A stretch of DNA of 64,000 nt from Bythopirellula sp. (GTDB taxonomy: Bacteria; Planctomycetota; Planctomycetia; Pirellulales; Lacipirellulaceae): the NCBI GenBank assembly GCA_965216565.1, contig OZ244170.1, positions 4,288,001-4,352,000 of the forward strand. The letters run 5' to 3'. Within the stretch, counting starts at the first letter, position 1. Each line of letters starts with the position of its first letter. Shown piece by piece: positions 61,286-64,000 of this stretch. Made by a program: the position numbers and the translations under genes. The notes beneath the pieces were generated by a model. The model had not been told where the DNA came from and ran no database searches. It saw only the letters and a program-made list of their open reading frames with translations.

Positions 61286-62497
61286 ATGACGCTACCGCTC
61301 AATCACACCTTGGATCGAAGAAGCTTCGTCGGTCAGACACTCACGACCCTCACTGGTTTGGGGCTCACCGGCATTCCGCTTTCAAGCCTGAACGCGGAAC
61401 CGGTGGCGGGACGTCCCAGTTATCGTGGCCCCAATATGGTGATCATCCGCTTTGGCGGGGGTGCCCGTCGTCGCGAAGCCATCGATCCACAGGCAACCTG
61501 CTATAGCCCGTATTTGCTAAACGAATTGGCTCCCCGCGGTGTGTTGCTCAACAACATGATGATCGACACGGCCGCCACCGAAACCGGCCATGGCCAGGGA
61601 ACCCTCAACATCCTTACCGGCAAGTACGACAAGTACAAAGACGTGGATGGCGCTTTCCTCGGTGAGCGATTCGAAGCCAAGGTGCCCACCTTATTCGAAT
61701 ACCTCAGGCAGAGTTTCTCGATTGCTGAGCACGAGACACTGATCGTCAATGGGGAAGATCGCACCCAGGAGGAGTTCTACACCTTTAGCAATCATCATCT
61801 CTTCGGGGCCGAATATCGCTCGAATGTGTTGAGCTTGTATCGCTACAAAACATTTCTGTTGGAGCAGCAAATTCAGGATCACGCGGCAGAATGGAACGAG
61901 GAGGAGTTGAAGGCCAAGCAGCGCGAGCTTGCCGAGATGCGCTCGCTCGACTATCGCCGCGACGACCAGGGCGGACAGTCGCCCGCGATCGATCGGTTCT
62001 GGCACAACTGGCGCGAATTCTACGGCGACTCGGGGCTGGTGAATCCCCGCGGCGATCGGCTGCTCACGGAGCTTTCGATCCGTGCACTCAAACAACTCCG
62101 ACCTAAGTTGATGATGGTCAACTACAACGATTGCGACTATGTCCACTGGGGCAATATGGCCCACTACACCCGCGGCATTGCCATCATGGACGCCGGCATT
62201 CGGCGGCTTGTCGAAACCGTCGAAGCGGACGAGCACTACCGAAACAACACGGTCTTTGTCATTGTGCCCGACTGCGGACGCGACGACAGCCCATTCGCCT
62301 CGGTGCCCTGTCAGCACCACTTCAACACCCGCTCTTCGCGCGAAATTTTTGCCTTACTAGTGGGGCCAGGCATCGATCGTGGGCGGGTTGTCGACCGACC
62401 TGTCGAGCAAATCGAAGTCGCTCCCACCATCGGCCAGCTCATGGGGTTCAAGACGGCTCATGCCGAGGGCCGTGTGCTCGAGGAGGTGTTCGTATGA
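61286..62497 (+). CDS. Tat-exported alkaline-phosphatase-superfamily metalloenzyme
   Basis: LDRRSFV twin-arginine signal; PNMVIIRFGGG; DCDYVH; NTVFVIVPDCGR; GPGI; VAPTI. Confidence 0.75.
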   Translation: MTLPLNHTLDRRSFVGQTLTTLTGLGLTGIPLSSLNAEPVAGRPSYRGPNMVIIRFGGGARRREAIDPQATCYSPYLLNELAPRGVLLNNMMIDTAATETGHGQGTLNILTGKYDKYKDVDGAFLGERFEAKVPTLFEYLRQSFSIAEHETLIVNGEDRTQEEFYTFSNHHLFGAEYRSNVLSLYRYKTFLLEQQIQDHAAEWNEEELKAKQRELAEMRSLDYRRDDQGGQSPAIDRFWHNWREFYGDSGLVNPRGDRLLTELSIRALKQLRPKLMMVNYNDCDYVHWGNMAHYTRGIAIMDAGIRRLVETVEADEHYRNNTVFVIVPDCGRDDSPFASVPCQHHFNTRSSREIFALLVGPGIDRGRVVDRPVEQIEVAPTIGQLMGFKTAHAEGRVLEEVFV

Positions 62498-63636
62498 ATC
62501 AACAGCAGCCTAGAGAGCGGTCTTGGTACATTCGCTATCCGCTTGCCGTTTGGAAATACTTTGTCGGCGTCGTCTTCTGTCAGTTTATGTTTGGAGCGGT
62601 TGTGGTCGTTGGCTGGACGTCGCGGTTCATGCAGCGGCAGATTCTTCTTTCCTGGTGGAATCGAAGCAAGAACCAGGCTGACGGCACATTTGCCAACTTC
62701 GCCGAAACGCTAGCCGAGCCCTGTGTGCCGCGAACGCTTCCCAATTGGAGCCTGGCCGATTCGCCCCAGCCATCGGCCAGCCATGGTCGAGTGAGGAGGA
62801 CGTTGCGGCGCTGCTTTGGTTCGCTTTACGAGAACAGCCGTACGGGATTGGCGAATTCGCTGTGCATTTTTGTAATTCTGCTCCCCGCCACGTCGCTCTG
62901 GTATTACGCCTGGGTGCTGGGTTGGAATATCTCCTTCTTCAAGCTCTACGAACAATCGGCACTGGGGGCAACGCTGGGCCTGTTTGGTATGGCGTTGTTC
63001 ATCGTGACGATGCTCTACGTGCCGCTGGCTCATGCCCGTCAGGCGCTGACAGGTCGCTGGCGATCATTCTTCGATTTCAAAAGAAACTGGAAACTCGCCT
63101 GGCGACATCCCGGGGTAATGCTTCCCGTGGCGACAGTGTTTGTTCTGGCCTCGGCCCTGGTTATGTTCTTGCGAATCGTACCGTATTACGCGGGAACCGA
63201 CCCTGAATTCGCGGCGATGGGTGTCGAACAACTGCGGACGTGGTTGGATGACTATTACTTTGTTGCGGGCGCCTTCGTCCTGCCTGCGTACTTGCTTGTG
63301 TGGTGGGGCGTGGCCAAAGCGTATTCCAGCGCCGCGCTAAGCGAGTACATCGCCGACCCAGTCGAATGCCCCTTGGGTGAAACCGAAAAAGGGATCCTCG
63401 CCCAGTTGACATTTGCCCCTCAGCCGACGGCTTCGAGATACCTACTGGTCCGTGGCACAACCTGGGCCTTGGGACGCTCAGCCGGAGCGGCCGCGCTGGT
63501 GCTCACGTGTCTGGCATGGTTCGGTGTGGGAACGCTCGTTTTCGTGGTGCAGTTCTTCAACTATCTGCCCGGGGCCTGGTTGAATCATCCCTTAGTCATA
63601 TTGCCCTGGATCAAATACATCCCGCCGGGACTTTAG
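62494..63636 (+). CDS. Multi-pass integral membrane protein, translationally coupled to the upstream gene
   Basis: ATGA overlap; about 6-7 hydrophobic helices. Confidence 0.75.
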   Translation: MNQQQPRERSWYIRYPLAVWKYFVGVVFCQFMFGAVVVVGWTSRFMQRQILLSWWNRSKNQADGTFANFAETLAEPCVPRTLPNWSLADSPQPSASHGRVRRTLRRCFGSLYENSRTGLANSLCIFVILLPATSLWYYAWVLGWNISFFKLYEQSALGATLGLFGMALFIVTMLYVPLAHARQALTGRWRSFFDFKRNWKLAWRHPGVMLPVATVFVLASALVMFLRIVPYYAGTDPEFAAMGVEQLRTWLDDYYFVAGAFVLPAYLLVWWGVAKAYSSAALSEYIADPVECPLGETEKGILAQLTFAPQPTASRYLLVRGTTWALGRSAGAAALVLTCLAWFGVGTLVFVVQFFNYLPGAWLNHPLVILPWIKYIPPGL

Positions 63637-63651
63637 AAGTAGGATTGGTCG

Positions 63652-63730
63652 GAAACAGGGACAGGCACGACGACACCGCGTGCGCGGAAGGTTCGAGCCG
63701 TATTCGAGCGTCGAGCCAGTCCCTGTTTTC
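63652..63730. repeat. Extragenic inverted repeat (family D)
   Basis: GAAACAGGGACAGGCACGACG ... CGTCGAGCCAGTCCCTGTTTTC. Confidence 0.75.
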
Positions 63731-63788
63731 GACCGGAGAGACGAGAGGCTCTGTTCGCTCTGTTTCCTTCTGTTGAAGAAACCGATAC

Positions 63789-64000
63789 CTAATTCAGCTT
63801 CTGCACGCTGAACTTGAGAGGGGCAGCTGAATTACCGATCCCGTTGACGGAATAGTTTAGCTCGTCACGAGTTCGCCAGTCGGTGTATCTTGCTTGCTCT
63901 CTTTCCCCGCCCAATGCAAGATGGCTTCCTGGTCGTCGGCCGACGGCAAACTCCACTCGGGTTGGTACCCAAACAGGTCGGCTGCCGACTGCGAACGAAG
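63789..64000 (-). CDS. 3' end of a hypothetical protein running off the window
   Basis: Minus frame open from the right edge to TAG at 63789 (...DELNYSVNGIGNSAAPLKFSVQKLN*). Confidence 0.45.
   Translation of the reverse strand, partial: SFAVGSRPVWVPTRVEFAVGRRPGSHLALGGEREQARYTDWRTRDELNYSVNGIGNSAAPLKFSVQKLN

Overview
A 64-kb chromosomal window from a planctomycete, probably Pirellulales/Lacipirellulaceae. The assignment rests on a DUF1559 prepilin protein, PEP-CTERM and dockerin-PEP-CTERM proteins, a YTV-repeat protein and planctomycete-type extragenic palindromes. Housekeeping genes: rsmE, class II photolyase, cysH plus a CymR-like Rrf2, cysD-cysNC, FKBP, Hsp20, crcB, trpG/pabA, moeA, furA-katG, dxr-rseP, ftsH, an M20 peptidase and pyc. 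No rRNA, tRNA, CRISPR array or transposase was seen. Main observations: (1) a secreted Cys-rich YTV protein with two mirror-matched arms of 189 and 190 aa around a central Cys/Gly knot, which suggests one giant antiparallel beta-ribbon; (2) six stand-alone receiver proteins around one sensor-less hybrid kinase; (3) a furA-katG cassette bracketed by ~72-bp inverted repeats, with a probably leaderless promoter; (4) a redoxin-haem c-copper monooxygenase-EF-hand fusion next to an MMPL transporter; (5) an esterase-DUF442 fusion and a vapBC-Mrr islet inside the sulfate-assimilation region; (6) a sigma54 promoter with three enhancer palindromes before hsp20. All calls come from motif recognition by eye; no database searches were run.
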